Notes: generated by a model from the letters alone, not told the origin. DNA of 64,000 nt from Candidatus Fervidifonticultor secundus (GCA_031459385.1 JAVKIP010000003.1:40413-104412), one strand, 5' to 3'. Counted from the stretch's first letter, positions 33,676 to 43,483 are shown. Numbers and translations: made by a program.

Positions 33676-34865
33676 CGGTCCACGTCCCCCAGCACCGGGT
33701 CCACGGTGGCGATGACCACCACGATGTCGGCCATGGAGTGGCCCCGCAGCAGCACCGGCAGCGCCTGGAGGTTGTTGAACGACGCCGAGCGCACCCGCAC
33801 CCGCGCCGGCCGGTTGCTGCCGTCGCTGACCAGGTAGTAGCCCTTCTCGCCGCGCGGCGACTCCACCGCGTGGTACACTTCGCCCGCCGGCGGGTGCAGG
33901 CCCTCGCTCACCAGCTTGAACTGGTGGATCACCGCCTCCATGCTCGACACCAGTTCCCCGCGCGGCGGCAGGGCGACCTTGCGGTCGTCGACGATCCAGG
34001 GCCCGTCGGGCAGCCGGTCGAGCGCCTGGAGGATGATGCGGCGCGACTGCCGCATCTCCTCCATCCGCAGCCGGTACCGCTCGAACGAATCGCCGCTGGT
34101 GCCCACCGGGACGTCGAACGCGTACTGCTCGTAGCCACTGTACGGGAACGCCTTGCGGACGTCGTAGGGGACGCCCGACCCCCGCAGCAGCGGGCCCGTG
34201 CAGCCGAAGCGCACCGCATCCTCCGCCGACAGCACTCCTATGCCCTCGGTGCGCCTGCGCCAGATCAGGTTGTCGGTCAGCATCGCCTCGAGGTCGTCCA
34301 GGTGCCTGGGCAGGGCAGCCAGGAACCGGCGCACGCGGGGGACGAAGCCCTCCGGCAGGTCCCACGCCAGGCCGCCGATGCGCATGTAGCCGTGCATCAT
34401 CCGCTGGCCGGAGACCATCTCGAAGATGTCCAGGATGTCTTCCCGCGCCTGGAAGCAGTAGAAGAAGCCGCTGGTGACGTTGAGCTCCAGCACGCTGGTC
34501 CCCAACCACACCAGGTGGCTGGCGATGCGCGACAGCTCCATGAGGATCACGCGGGCCACCTGCGCGCGCTCGGGCGGGGTGAGGTCCATCAGCTTCTCCA
34601 CCGCCAGCACGTAGGCACACTCCTCGATGAACGTCGCCAGGTACTCGATGCGCGCCGGGAAGACGATGTTCTGGTGATAGGTACGATGCTCCATCGTCTT
34701 CTCGAACCCGGTGTGGAGGTAGCCGATCACCGGCCGGCAGCCCACGATGGCCTCGCCCTCGAGGTCGAGCAGCACCCGCAGCACCCCGTGGGTCGCCGGG
34801 TGCTGCGGCCCCACGTTGATCGTCAGCGCCTGGGTCCGGAGTTCTGTCACGCCTCGCTCACCCAC
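33672..34865 (-). CDS. nuoD: NADH-quinone oxidoreductase subunit D
   Basis: GPQHPATHGVLR, GYLHTGFEK, ELSRIASH, ESPRGE, GDVDR; GGAGGG SD before GTG at 34865. Confidence 0.95.
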   Translation of the reverse strand: MGERGVTELRTQALTINVGPQHPATHGVLRVLLDLEGEAIVGCRPVIGYLHTGFEKTMEHRTYHQNIVFPARIEYLATFIEECAYVLAVEKLMDLTPPERAQVARVILMELSRIASHLVWLGTSVLELNVTSGFFYCFQAREDILDIFEMVSGQRMMHGYMRIGGLAWDLPEGFVPRVRRFLAALPRHLDDLEAMLTDNLIWRRRTEGIGVLSAEDAVRFGCTGPLLRGSGVPYDVRKAFPYSGYEQYAFDVPVGTSGDSFERYRLRMEEMRQSRRIILQALDRLPDGPWIVDDRKVALPPRGELVSSMEAVIHQFKLVSEGLHPPAGEVYHAVESPRGEKGYYLVSDGSNRPARVRVRSASFNNLQALPVLLRGHSMADIVVVIATVDPVLGDVDR

Positions 34866-34915
34866 CCGTGTCCCTCCGTGCCCGCCCTGCGGGTGCCCGG
34901 GACACACCCGCGACG

Positions 34916-35440
34916 CTAGCGCCGCGGCGGCGATGTCGGAATGATCTGGCTGGGGACGTTCGGGACGTGCCCGATGAACTCCACCGGCTCCTCGGTCAGC
35001 GGGAAGTCCTTGCGCAGCGGGTGCCCCTCCCAGTCGTCCGGCAGCAGGATCCGCGAGAGGTTCGGGTGGCCCTCGAAGCGGATCCCGAACAGATCGTAGA
35101 CTTCACGCTCCAGCCAGTCGGCGCCGGGCCACAGCCCGGTAACGCTGCCGATCACCGGGCGGTCGGCCGGCAGGCGTGCCTTCACGCGCAGGCGCACCGG
35201 TGGCTGCAGGCCTGTCAGCAGGTAGACGACCTCGAACCGCGGCTCCGTCGGATGCCGGTCGACCGCCGTCAGGTCGGTGAGCATCCAGGGTCCACCGGGC
35301 GCGGCGCGCACCGCTTCCAGCGCCTCGCGCACCCGGTCCGCGGGCACGACCACCGTGACCTCGCCCCGGAACTCGACGCGCTCGAGGGCACCGTCGCCCA
35401 GGTGCGCCTGCACCCGGGCCACCAGCGCCTGGGGCTCCAT
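34916..35440 (-). CDS. nuoC: NADH-quinone oxidoreductase subunit C
   Basis: [33 protein letters not shown]. Confidence 0.95.
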   Translation of the reverse strand: MEPQALVARVQAHLGDGALERVEFRGEVTVVVPADRVREALEAVRAAPGGPWMLTDLTAVDRHPTEPRFEVVYLLTGLQPPVRLRVKARLPADRPVIGSVTGLWPGADWLEREVYDLFGIRFEGHPNLSRILLPDDWEGHPLRKDFPLTEEPVEFIGHVPNVPSQIIPTSPPRR

Positions 35441-35934
35441 CAGCGGCGGCCTCCGCCGGCGGCGATCTTCTCGCGAAGCTTGAGCACGCCGTAGAGCAGG
35501 GCTTCGGGGCGCGGCGGGCACCCGGCGACGTAGACATCGACGGGGACGATCTTGTCGACGCCCTGGACCAGCGCGTAGTTGTTGAAGACGCCCCCGCACG
35601 AGGCGCAGTCGCCCATGGCGATGACCCACTTCGGCTCCAGCATCTGGTCGTAGATGTGCCGCAGGACGGGCGCCATCTTCTGCGAGACGCGGCCCGAGAC
35701 GATCAGCAGATCGGCCTGGCGGGGGGAGGCGCGGAACACCTCGCTGCCGAAACGGGCGATGTCGAAGCGTGCGGCGGTGCTGGCCATCATCTCGATCGCG
35801 CAGCACGCCAGCCCGAACTGCGCGGGCCAGATGCTGCCCGAGCGCGCCCACGCCACCATCTTCTCCACGGTGGTGGTCAGCAGACGCCGCTCGAACGCGC
35901 GAGCCTCGGCGGACTCGCGCGCGGTCACTGCCAT
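35440..35934 (-). CDS. nuoB: NADH-quinone oxidoreductase subunit B
   Basis: [30 protein letters not shown]. Confidence 0.95.
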   Translation of the reverse strand: MAVTARESAEARAFERRLLTTTVEKMVAWARSGSIWPAQFGLACCAIEMMASTAARFDIARFGSEVFRASPRQADLLIVSGRVSQKMAPVLRHIYDQMLEPKWVIAMGDCASCGGVFNNYALVQGVDKIVPVDVYVAGCPPRPEALLYGVLKLREKIAAGGGRR

Positions 35935-36287
35935 TCCAGGGCCTGCCGCTTCCAGGCGTAGAGGAGCCCGATGCCCAGCACGCCGACGAACACCAGCATC
36001 TCCACCAGCCCGAAGGTCCCCAGCCGCCGGAAGACCACCGCCCACGGGAACAGGAAGACGATCTCGAGGTCGAAGAGGATGAACAGCATGGCGATCACGT
36101 AGTAGCGGATCGGCACGCGTTCCCGTGAGGTCCCCATGGCCCACATGCCCGATTCGTAGGCCTCGACCTTCGGCGGCGTGGGCCGGCTGCCGCCCAGGAG
36201 GGCGTGGGCGGCGAGCAACGCGCCCGTGAGGCCCACGACCAACACCAGATGCACCAGAATGGGGAGGTAGTCGACCAGCACCGTCAT
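35925..36287 (-). CDS. nuoA: NADH-quinone oxidoreductase subunit A
   Basis: [24 protein letters not shown]. Confidence 0.93.
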   Translation of the reverse strand: MTVLVDYLPILVHLVLVVGLTGALLAAHALLGGSRPTPPKVEAYESGMWAMGTSRERVPIRYYVIAMLFILFDLEIVFLFPWAVVFRRLGTFGLVEMLVFVGVLGIGLLYAWKRQALEWQ

Positions 36288-36399
36288 CGTCGGCCCGAAG
36301 CCTCGTCCCGACTGCGTCGCAGGCCATCCCTCATCATCGCAGAGTTCCCAGGGAGCGTCAACACGCACGCCAGGACGGCGCGCGCCGGCGCGCGGGCGT

Positions 36400-37572
36400 T
36401 CACCGGCCGCGCGCGGCCACGGCTCGCACCGATGCCAGGACGCGTGGCAGGATCTCGAGCACCGCGTCCACGTCCGCCTCGGTGCTCCAGCGGCCGAGCG
36501 AGAACCGCAGGGTGCCCGCCGCGTAGGCCTCGGGCACGCCCAGCGCCGCGATGACGTGCGAGGGTTCCAGGCTGCCCGAGGTGCACGCCGAGCCCGACGA
36601 GGCGGCGATCCCCTCCAGGTCGAGGGCCAGCAGCAGCGACTCGCTGTCGGCGTCGGCGAAGGAGACGTTCACGATGCCAGGCAGCCGCCGGGTGGGGTGG
36701 CCGTTGAGCCGGGCGCCCGGGAGCGCGGCGAGGCCGGCCGCCAGACGGTCGCGCAGCGCGCCGATCCGCGCCGCCTCTTGCGCCATCTCGGCCTGCGCCA
36801 GGGTCGCCGCCACGCCGAACCCCACGATCGCCGGCGTGTTCTCGGTGCCGCCGCGGCGCCCGCGCTCCTGGCTGCCGCCGTGGAGCAGGGGCGTCAGCGT
36901 CACGCCGCTGCGGATGTAGAGGGCGCCGATGCCCTTGGGCCCGTACCGCTTGTGCGCCGACAGCGAGAGCAGGTCGATCCCCAGGGCCCGCACGTCGATC
37001 GGCACGATGCCGGCGCTCTGGGTCGCGTCGGTGTGGCAAAGGACGCCCGCCTCGCGGGCGATAGCCGCCACCTCCGCGACCGGCCCCAGCGTGCCGATCT
37101 CGTTGTTGCCGTGCATGATCGAGATCAGCACCGTCTCGGGCCGCAGCGCCCGGCGGACGTCGGCCGGATCCACCAGGCCGTGCCCGTCCACCGGCAGGAT
37201 CGTGACGGCCACGCCCCGCTCGGCCAGCCAGCGGCACGGCTCGAGTACCGCGTGGTGCTCCGTCGCCGCGGTGATGACGTGCGCCGCTCCCCGAGGGCTG
37301 GCCCAGACGGCGCCCAGGATCGCGGCGTTGTTGGCTTCCGTGGCCCCGGAAGTGAAGACGATCTCGCCGGGCCGGGCGCCGATCAGGCGGGCCACCGCCG
37401 CGCGGGCTTCGTCGACGGCGGCCCGCGCGGCCTGGCCGAACTGGTGCACGCTTCCGGCATTGCCGAACCGCTGGCTGAAGTACGGTTGCATGGCCGCCAC
37501 GACCCGGGGATCGGTGGGCGTGGTGGCCGCGTAGTCGAGGTAGCCCCTGGCTGGCGGGTGCACCGACGTCAT
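36400..37572 (-). CDS. iscS: Cysteine desulfurase (IscS/NifS group I)
   Basis: YLDYAATTP, FTSGATEANN, SAHKRYGPKG, SSGSACTSGS (catalytic Cys). Confidence 0.92.
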   Translation of the reverse strand: MTSVHPPARGYLDYAATTPTDPRVVAAMQPYFSQRFGNAGSVHQFGQAARAAVDEARAAVARLIGARPGEIVFTSGATEANNAAILGAVWASPRGAAHVITAATEHHAVLEPCRWLAERGVAVTILPVDGHGLVDPADVRRALRPETVLISIMHGNNEIGTLGPVAEVAAIAREAGVLCHTDATQSAGIVPIDVRALGIDLLSLSAHKRYGPKGIGALYIRSGVTLTPLLHGGSQERGRRGGTENTPAIVGFGVAATLAQAEMAQEAARIGALRDRLAAGLAALPGARLNGHPTRRLPGIVNVSFADADSESLLLALDLEGIAASSGSACTSGSLEPSHVIAALGVPEAYAAGTLRFSLGRWSTEADVDAVLEILPRVLASVRAVAARGR

Positions 37573-37645
37573 CCTGGTCAGAGTATAGCGCACGGGCCTT
37601 CCGGCAGAGCAGCCCGCACGCGCGGGACCGGGCGCCGGGCCGGGG

Positions 37646-38155
37646 CTAGGGCGCCGGCACCACGCCCAGATCGTCCAGGTAGCCCAGGACCTCGTCCGGC
37701 CGCTGGATGTCGTGCCCCATCTGGAGGAACCGGACCGGTCCCACGCTGGCGTGGATCGCGTCCAGGTGGATACGCCGGTCGTCCACGTAGAGGATCTCCT
37801 CCGGGCGCAGGGCGAGACCACGGCCGGCGAGCTCGCCCACGAGCGCGGCCACCATCCGCTCCTTGTGCGGGTGCGGTTCGACCTTCCTCAGGTCGAAGTA
37901 CGGCTCAAGCCCCAGCAGCGCGAAGATCTGGGCCACCGGCTCCGGCCGGTTCCAGGAGGCGGCCGCCACCACCAGCTTCCGCGCCCGGAGGCCCGCCAGC
38001 AGCCGGCGCACGCCCGGGTACAGCGCGACGCGGACTCCGTCCTGGTCGCGCACCGCATCGTCGCCGTCCCGCTCGAAGGGCAGCCGCAGCGCGGTGACGT
38101 TGGCGTGGTTCCACAGGGTCAGATCGCAGTCGAGGATCACCAGCCGGACAGCCAC
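37646..38155 (-). CDS. Magnesium-dependent phosphatase-1 (HAD subfamily IIIC)
   Basis: ILDCDLTLW, LYPGV, ASWN, YVDDR; GGAGG before GTG at 38155 (alternative ATG 38167). Confidence 0.82.
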   Translation of the reverse strand: MAVRLVILDCDLTLWNHANVTALRLPFERDGDDAVRDQDGVRVALYPGVRRLLAGLRARKLVVAAASWNRPEPVAQIFALLGLEPYFDLRKVEPHPHKERMVAALVGELAGRGLALRPEEILYVDDRRIHLDAIHASVGPVRFLQMGHDIQRPDEVLGYLDDLGVVPAP

Positions 38156-38228
38156 GACGACCTCCATCCTCTCCGACCCCCGCACGCCGCCCCGTGGCCG
38201 CCCCTCCCCCGCCCGCAGCCGGCGCAGC

Positions 38229-38834
38229 TCATGGCTCGTTGGCGGCTGGCGGTGGGGCGGCCTCGGCCACCCTGCCCTCCAGGACGTCCAGCAGGTTCCG
38301 GATGATGCGCGCCGTGAGCCCCCAGACGGTCCAGCGGCCGCAGTTGTAGTAGAGCAGGTCCACGACCCGGCCTGCGCGCACCACGCGCTCCGCGCGCACG
38401 CGGCCGGGTTCCTGGAAGATCGCCAGGGGCAGGGTCACGATCTCGTCGATCTCGTTCGGGTTGGGTCGAAGCCGGTTCGGCGGCGGGATGGCGCCGACGA
38501 ACGGCGTCACGGCGAACCCGGACACGACCGTCTCGACTTCATCCAGCCGACCCAGGATCTCCACGGTGGATGGCTCGAGGCCGATCTCTTCATAGGTTTC
38601 CCGCAGGGCGGTCTCGCGCAGCGACGCATCCCCGGGCTCCTCCCCGCCTCCCGGGAAGGAGATCTGTCCCTTGTGGTGCTCGACCGTTTCCGTCCGCTTC
38701 GTCAGGAGCAGGTACGTGGTGCCGTCCCGCTCGAACACCGGCACGAGCACGGCCGCCCGGCGCCAGGAGTGGGAGGGCAGGTCTTGCGGGCGATGCGCCC
38801 GTAGCTGCTCCCGCAGACGGGCCAGCAGGCTCAC
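38229..38834 (-). CDS. Nudix hydrolase, CoA pyrophosphatase type
   Basis: AAVLVP, LLTKR..HKGQISFPGG, TALRETYEEIG, VWGLTA. Confidence 0.9.
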   Translation of the reverse strand: MSLLARLREQLRAHRPQDLPSHSWRRAAVLVPVFERDGTTYLLLTKRTETVEHHKGQISFPGGGEEPGDASLRETALRETYEEIGLEPSTVEILGRLDEVETVVSGFAVTPFVGAIPPPNRLRPNPNEIDEIVTLPLAIFQEPGRVRAERVVRAGRVVDLLYYNCGRWTVWGLTARIIRNLLDVLEGRVAEAAPPPAANEP

Positions 38835-38911
38835 GTGCTCGTGTTGGCTGCCAGCCCCCCGCAGTCCTTCCAGGTCGGGTGCCCGATCGAACCGGGCTGG
38901 GCCTGGTCCTC

Positions 38912-38958
38912 ATACAAAATGTTGCGAAAATTGTCGAAGAAACCACTAGATCTAGGAA
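38912..38958. promoter_or_regulatory. Tandem NrdR boxes upstream of thyX
   Basis: ataCAAAATGTTGcga (38912-38927) and ccaCTAGATCTAGgaa (38943-38958) both fit the CwAnATnTwG core and are 31 bp apart. Confidence 0.75.
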
Positions 38959-38982
38959 GGAATTCCGGCTCGGATGCGGAAT
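38956..38982 (+). promoter_or_regulatory. SigH-like promoter for thyX
   Basis: GAAGGAATT-11 bp-GCGGAAT matches the Bacillus SigH consensus RNAGGAWWW-11/12-RNNGAAT. Confidence 0.55.
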
Positions 38983-39010
38983 ACGTGCAGGCGACCCCGG
39001 GGGGAAGGCC

Positions 39011-40519
39011 ATGATACCACAGTTCGCCTCCATCGACGGCTCTCCATCGCTGCGCCACCGCGACATATACCTCCTCAGCCCCAGGCTCCTTCCCCCCGAG
39101 GTCATAGCCGTGGCCTTCGCCAAAACCTCCCGGAGCCCCAAACCCTTCCGGGAGATCGCGGCGGAGCTCACCGAGGAGTCATCGAGCGCGTTTCACGAGA
39201 AGTGGGTGCTGGGGTACGGCCACGGCTCGGTCGCGGAGCACGCCGTCCTCCACCTGGCCCTGGAGAACCTCTCGCGCCTGGCCATCGAGTGCCTGGAGAG
39301 CAACCGGCTCTGCTCCTATACGGAGAAGTCCACCCGCTACCAGATCTTCGACGCATTCTACGTCCCGCCGGCCGTCGCGGCCTCGGCCCACGCTGCGCTG
39401 TACCTCCAGACGTGCCAGCGCCTGTTCGAGACCTACCGGGCCAGCCTGGAGCCGGTGCGGCGCGTCATCGAGGCCCAATCCCCCCGGCAGGCGGAGGAGA
39501 CCGACCGGGCCTACGCCGCGCGGATCCGCTCCAGGTACATCGACGTCTGCCGGTTCCTCCTGCCCTGCGCCACCCTGGCCAACGTGGGCATGACCGCCAA
39601 CGCCCGGGCCCTGGAGCACGCCATCACCAAGATGCTCTCGCATCCCCTGGAAGAGGTACGGGCGATCGGCGCCGAGGTCAAGGCGGTGGCCTGCACGGAG
39701 GTGCCCACGCTGGTCAAGTACGCCGATCCCAATCCCTACCTGATCGAGACTGCGACGGCCCTGGCCGCCGTGGCCGAGGGCGAACCTGCCGACAGCGACC
39801 CCTTCGACGGCGTCGCCGCGCCCGGCGTCCGGCTGGTGCACTACGACCGCGACGCGGAGATCCGCGTCGCGGCGGCCTGCCTGTACCGCTACGGCCGGTC
39901 GTCCTACCAGCGGGCGTGGGCGCGGGCCGCGGCCATGCCGCCGCAGCAGCGCGCGGCGATCATCGAAGAAGCGCTGCGGCGGCTGCAGCGACATGACGCC
40001 CCGATCCGGGAACTCGAGCACGTGACCTACACCTTCGACATCGTCTGCGACCAGGGCGCCTACTTCGACCTGAAGCGCCACCGCATGATGACCCAGAGCC
40101 CCCAGGCGCCCACGGTCGATCTGGGCTACGCGGTCCCTCGCGCCATCGCCGCCGCCAGCCTGGAGGGGGCATTCCGCGCGGCGCTCGACCAGGCCACCGA
40201 GGCCTACCACCGGATCGCCCGCGACCTGCCCCACGAGGCCGCCTACCTGGTCACGAACGCCCACAACCGGCGCTTCCTGGCCACCATGAACCTGCGCGAG
40301 CTGTACAGCGTGGTCCCGCTGCGGGCGCGGGAGAGCGGACACTTCTCGTACCGGCGCATCGCGCTCCAGCTCTACGAGGCGGTCCGTGCGGTGCACCCCG
40401 GGCTGGTGGGACACGTGCGGTTCGGCTACGCGCCCCCGGCGGCGGCCGACCTCGAGGCCCAGTTCTTCACCGACGTGGCAGCCCGGCCGGGTGCCGTACC
40501 GGCGTTCCCCGTGGGCTGA
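39011..40519 (+). CDS. thyX: FAD-dependent thymidylate synthase, long tandem-domain form
   Basis: YGHGSVAEH, SYTEKSTRY, RFLLP in the first half; DLKRHR, NLREL in the second; ~500 aa. Confidence 0.88.
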   Translation: MIPQFASIDGSPSLRHRDIYLLSPRLLPPEVIAVAFAKTSRSPKPFREIAAELTEESSSAFHEKWVLGYGHGSVAEHAVLHLALENLSRLAIECLESNRLCSYTEKSTRYQIFDAFYVPPAVAASAHAALYLQTCQRLFETYRASLEPVRRVIEAQSPRQAEETDRAYAARIRSRYIDVCRFLLPCATLANVGMTANARALEHAITKMLSHPLEEVRAIGAEVKAVACTEVPTLVKYADPNPYLIETATALAAVAEGEPADSDPFDGVAAPGVRLVHYDRDAEIRVAAACLYRYGRSSYQRAWARAAAMPPQQRAAIIEEALRRLQRHDAPIRELEHVTYTFDIVCDQGAYFDLKRHRMMTQSPQAPTVDLGYAVPRAIAAASLEGAFRAALDQATEAYHRIARDLPHEAAYLVTNAHNRRFLATMNLRELYSVVPLRARESGHFSYRRIALQLYEAVRAVHPGLVGHVRFGYAPPAAADLEAQFFTDVAARPGAVPAFPVG

Positions 40520-40549
40520 CCCTCAGGGAGCCGCCTCAGGCGTCGGGGA

Positions 40550-40876
40550 TCATCCGGCCGCAGCCGGGGCCAGGACGTAAGCCAGGGTGAGTTGCTCCTT
40601 GTTGCCGTGGAAGCGGTGCGGCAGCCCTGCGGGCACGAAGATCACGGAACCCGGCGCCACGGGCGCATCGCGGTCGTCCAGCCGGATCAGCCCGTGGCCC
40701 CCCACGCAGGCGTAGACCTCGTCCTGCTGGTGCGTGCCCTGCAGGTCCAGGCCGCCGGGGAGGACGCGGAGGACGCCCACGACCAGGTCCGGTCGGGTCA
40801 GCAGCCGCTGGAACTGCTGGGCCGGGCCCTCCATCGCGGCTGCGACCTGAAAGGCGTCCCAGACCTGTCCGTCCAT
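40550..40876 (-). CDS. Cupin domain protein
   Basis: H.QDEVY..VGG.G and VPAGLPHRF cupin motifs; AGGAGGAG SD. Confidence 0.85.
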   Translation of the reverse strand: MDGQVWDAFQVAAAMEGPAQQFQRLLTRPDLVVGVLRVLPGGLDLQGTHQQDEVYACVGGHGLIRLDDRDAPVAPGSVIFVPAGLPHRFHGNKEQLTLAYVLAPAAAG

Positions 40877-41007
40877 GGCGGGCTCCTCCTGCGTGGGGCG
40901 TCCGGCCGTGAATTCTGGCGGGCGTGGGGCGGCCCCTGCCGGCCGCAGGGATCACCGGGGTTGCCCGGAACATTCCCTGACGACCAGACCACGCTGCGAG
41001 GTGAGGC

Positions 41008-41928
41008 ATGCGGTTCGTCACGTACGAGGCGCGGGGCGCCGCGCACCTGGGGATGCTGGAGGGGGACTACGTCTTCGCCTTCGCGCCCCTGGCGCGCCTG
41101 GCCGCCCGCACGGGCCCGCGCGCCGGCCCGCGGGCCGAGGTCCCGGACGATCTGGTGGGCTTCATCGAGCGCGGCTCGCTGGCGCAGGCCCGGGCGGCCC
41201 TGGCGCTGGGCCGACGGCTCCTCAGGGAGGGCAGGGCGCGGGACCTGGTAATGCCCCTGGCCCGCGCGCGGCTGCTCGCGCCGATCCCGCGGCCGCGCAA
41301 GAACATCTTCTGCATGGGGCGCAACTACGCCGAACACGCGAAGGAGAGCGGCAGCGAGGTCCCTCCCGTCCCCGTGTTCTTCACCAAGCCGCCCACGGCG
41401 GTGGTCGGGCCCAACGCGCCGGTGATCCACCACCGCGTGACCGAGCAGCTCGACTACGAGGTCGAGCTCACTGTCGTGATCGGCCGGCGCGGCCGCGACA
41501 TCCCGGTCGAGCGGGCGCTGGACTACGTCTTCGGGTATACGATCATGAACGACATCACCGCGCGCGACCTCCAGCGCCGCCACCTGCAGTGGTTCAAGGG
41601 CAAGTCCCTGGACACGTTCGCGCCGCTGGGCCCCGTGGTGGTCCACCGGTCGCTGATCCCCGACCCCCAGCACCTGCGCCTGCGGTTGCGCGTCAACGGC
41701 GAGGAGCGCCAGCACGCCTCGACCCGCAGCATGGTCTTCTCGGTGGCGCGGTTGATCTCGGCGCTCTCGGCCGGCATGACGCTCGAGCCGGGGGACCTGC
41801 TGGCCACCGGTACGCCCGAGGGGGTGGCGATGGGCCGCACCCCGCCACCCTGGCTGAAGCCGGGTGACGTCGTGGAGGCCGAGATCGAGGGGATCGGCGT
41901 CCTGCGGAACCCGATCGTCGCGCCCTGA
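41008..41928 (+). CDS. Fumarylacetoacetate hydrolase family protein
   Basis: CMGRNYAEH, FTKP, LDYEVEL, NDITARD, KGKSLDTFAP, LATGTP. Confidence 0.92.
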   Translation: MRFVTYEARGAAHLGMLEGDYVFAFAPLARLAARTGPRAGPRAEVPDDLVGFIERGSLAQARAALALGRRLLREGRARDLVMPLARARLLAPIPRPRKNIFCMGRNYAEHAKESGSEVPPVPVFFTKPPTAVVGPNAPVIHHRVTEQLDYEVELTVVIGRRGRDIPVERALDYVFGYTIMNDITARDLQRRHLQWFKGKSLDTFAPLGPVVVHRSLIPDPQHLRLRLRVNGEERQHASTRSMVFSVARLISALSAGMTLEPGDLLATGTPEGVAMGRTPPPWLKPGDVVEAEIEGIGVLRNPIVAP

Positions 41929-42033
41929 CCCGACGGCGGCGTGACACGTTCGATACATGGGTACGGTAGGAACAGGCCTGCCGGCCCGCGCCCGGGCGGC
42001 GCGGGCGGCCATCGCCATCGACGGAGGGAGCGT

Positions 42034-42462
42034 ATGAGGTCCAGGCTCGTGTGGATCGTGCTGCTGGCTGGTGTGGTGACGCTGGGGGCGCCGGCGCGCA
42101 CCCCGGCCCAGACGCGGTCGCCCAAGGTCTACGAGATCACGATGACCTCGTTCAGGTTCGAGCCCGACCAGATCCGCGTCACCGAGGGCGATACGGTCGT
42201 CCTGCGGCTGCGCAACGCGGATACCGAGCGGCGCTTCGCCCACGACATCGCCTCGCGCTACTTCGTCGGCGTGCCCCTCACCGTGCGCGGCACCGCCCGC
42301 CTGGGCGAGGAGGAAGGACGCAGGTTCGTCCGGCTCGACTTCGGCCAGAGCGCAGAGGTGGAGTTCGTGGCCCAGAACCCGGGCTCGTACGCCTTCATCT
42401 GCAGCGTCTTCATCCATTCGTGGGCGGGCATGACGGGCGCGCTGTTCGTGGAGCGGCGATAG
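42034..42462 (+). CDS. Exported cupredoxin (type 1 blue copper protein; His/Cys/His/Met)
   Basis: Signal peptide, FRFEPD, AHD, GSYAFICSVFIHSWAGM. Confidence 0.85.
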   Translation: MRSRLVWIVLLAGVVTLGAPARTPAQTRSPKVYEITMTSFRFEPDQIRVTEGDTVVLRLRNADTERRFAHDIASRYFVGVPLTVRGTARLGEEEGRRFVRLDFGQSAEVEFVAQNPGSYAFICSVFIHSWAGMTGALFVERR

Positions 42463-42523
42463 GCATCCGCCGACAGCCGTCCCGCCAGGCCGCGGGAGAC
42501 GCGCCTGCACAGGAGGAGGAGCC

Positions 42524-42900
42524 ATGCACGCACGGGCCCCGCGCAGACCCTCACAAAGCGTACCATCGAGGTGGTGATGACCTCGTACAAGTACGAGCCG
42601 AACCAGCTCCGCCTGGTAGACGGCGAGATCGTCGTGCTCCGCCTGCGGAACGCCGACGCCTTCGGCCGGACGCACAACTTCGCCTCCGCGTTCCTCGTGA
42701 ACATCCCGCTGGTGGTGCGGGGCGACGGCCTGGAGGGCACCAGTGAAGGGCGCAGGTTCGTCTCGGTGGAGGCCGGAAAGACGGCCGAGGTGGAGTTTAC
42801 CGTCCGGGGTCGGGGGTCGTACGCGTTCCTGTGCACGCTCTTCGACCACGCGTTCCGGGGACAGACGGGCATCCTGATCGTCCAGGCCCCCCCGCCCTGA
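42524..42900 (+). CDS. Second cupredoxin paralog (His/Cys/His/Gln); 5' end appears disrupted, possible pseudogene
   Basis: THNF..YAFLCTLFDHAFRGQ. The ATG at 42524 after AGGAGGAGG is out of frame with the domain, there is no hydrophobic signal, and the first in-frame start is GTG at 42571. Confidence 0.65.
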
Positions 42901-42934
42901 CCGGCCTGTGCGCTGGCAGCCCGCTGGCCGCGCG

Positions 42935-43321
42935 CTACCCGTCCAGGTCGCGGGCGTAGCGGATGAGCAGGGGGCGGTCGCGGCTCGCCCGCCCGGCGCA
43001 CAGCCTGCGGCGCCCGCGCACAATCTCGAACTGCACGCCCTGCACGTGGCGCAGCACGTGGAAGATGGCGCCGGCGGCCAGCTGGACTTCCGCCTGCAGG
43101 AGCTCACGGGTGAACGCCGCGCCGTTGGTCGGCTTGAAGGTGGCCGACTCCCACACCAGGTCCACGGCGCGCCCGTCCTCGATCATCCGGCTGCTGTGCA
43201 CGGTCCCCTTGCCCAGGATGTTCTCGGCCAGGGTGCGGGCGATGGTCGCCTGCTCGTCGCCACGCGCCGCGGCGGCGGCGAGCAGCGCGAGGACCGTGGC
43301 AGCCACGAGGAAACGAGCCAT
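42935..43321 (-). CDS. Exported hypothetical protein (128 aa)
   Basis: Signal peptide MARFLVAATVLALLAAAAARG; typical codon usage; fills the gap between genes. Confidence 0.7.
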   Translation of the reverse strand: MARFLVAATVLALLAAAAARGDEQATIARTLAENILGKGTVHSSRMIEDGRAVDLVWESATFKPTNGAAFTRELLQAEVQLAAGAIFHVLRHVQGVQFEIVRGRRRLCAGRASRDRPLLIRYARDLDG

Positions 43322-43329
43322 AGCCCGGC

Positions 43330-43356
43330 ATTCGCCGTGCGACCGGGGGCTCCTGC
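43330..43356 (-). promoter_or_regulatory. SigH-like promoter, probably leaderless
   Basis: Minus strand GCAGGAGCC-11 bp-GGCGAAT, ending 8 nt before ATG at 43321; no SD. Confidence 0.5.
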
Positions 43357-43483
43357 TGTCGGGCCGGCCGCCCGGGGCGCCGCGCCGCCGGCTGATGGTG
43401 GGGAGGGAACGTGGGCGCAACGTGGTAGTGTTCAGGCGATCCTGCTCCGGTGTCGTACCAGTTGGACGGGAGGAGGGAGCGCG

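Noticed and set aside
42460-42570. TAG readthrough (pyrrolysine) joining the two in-frame cupredoxins
   Set aside because: The intervening DNA has its own SD + ATG and looks intergenic; no pyl genes are seen in the window.
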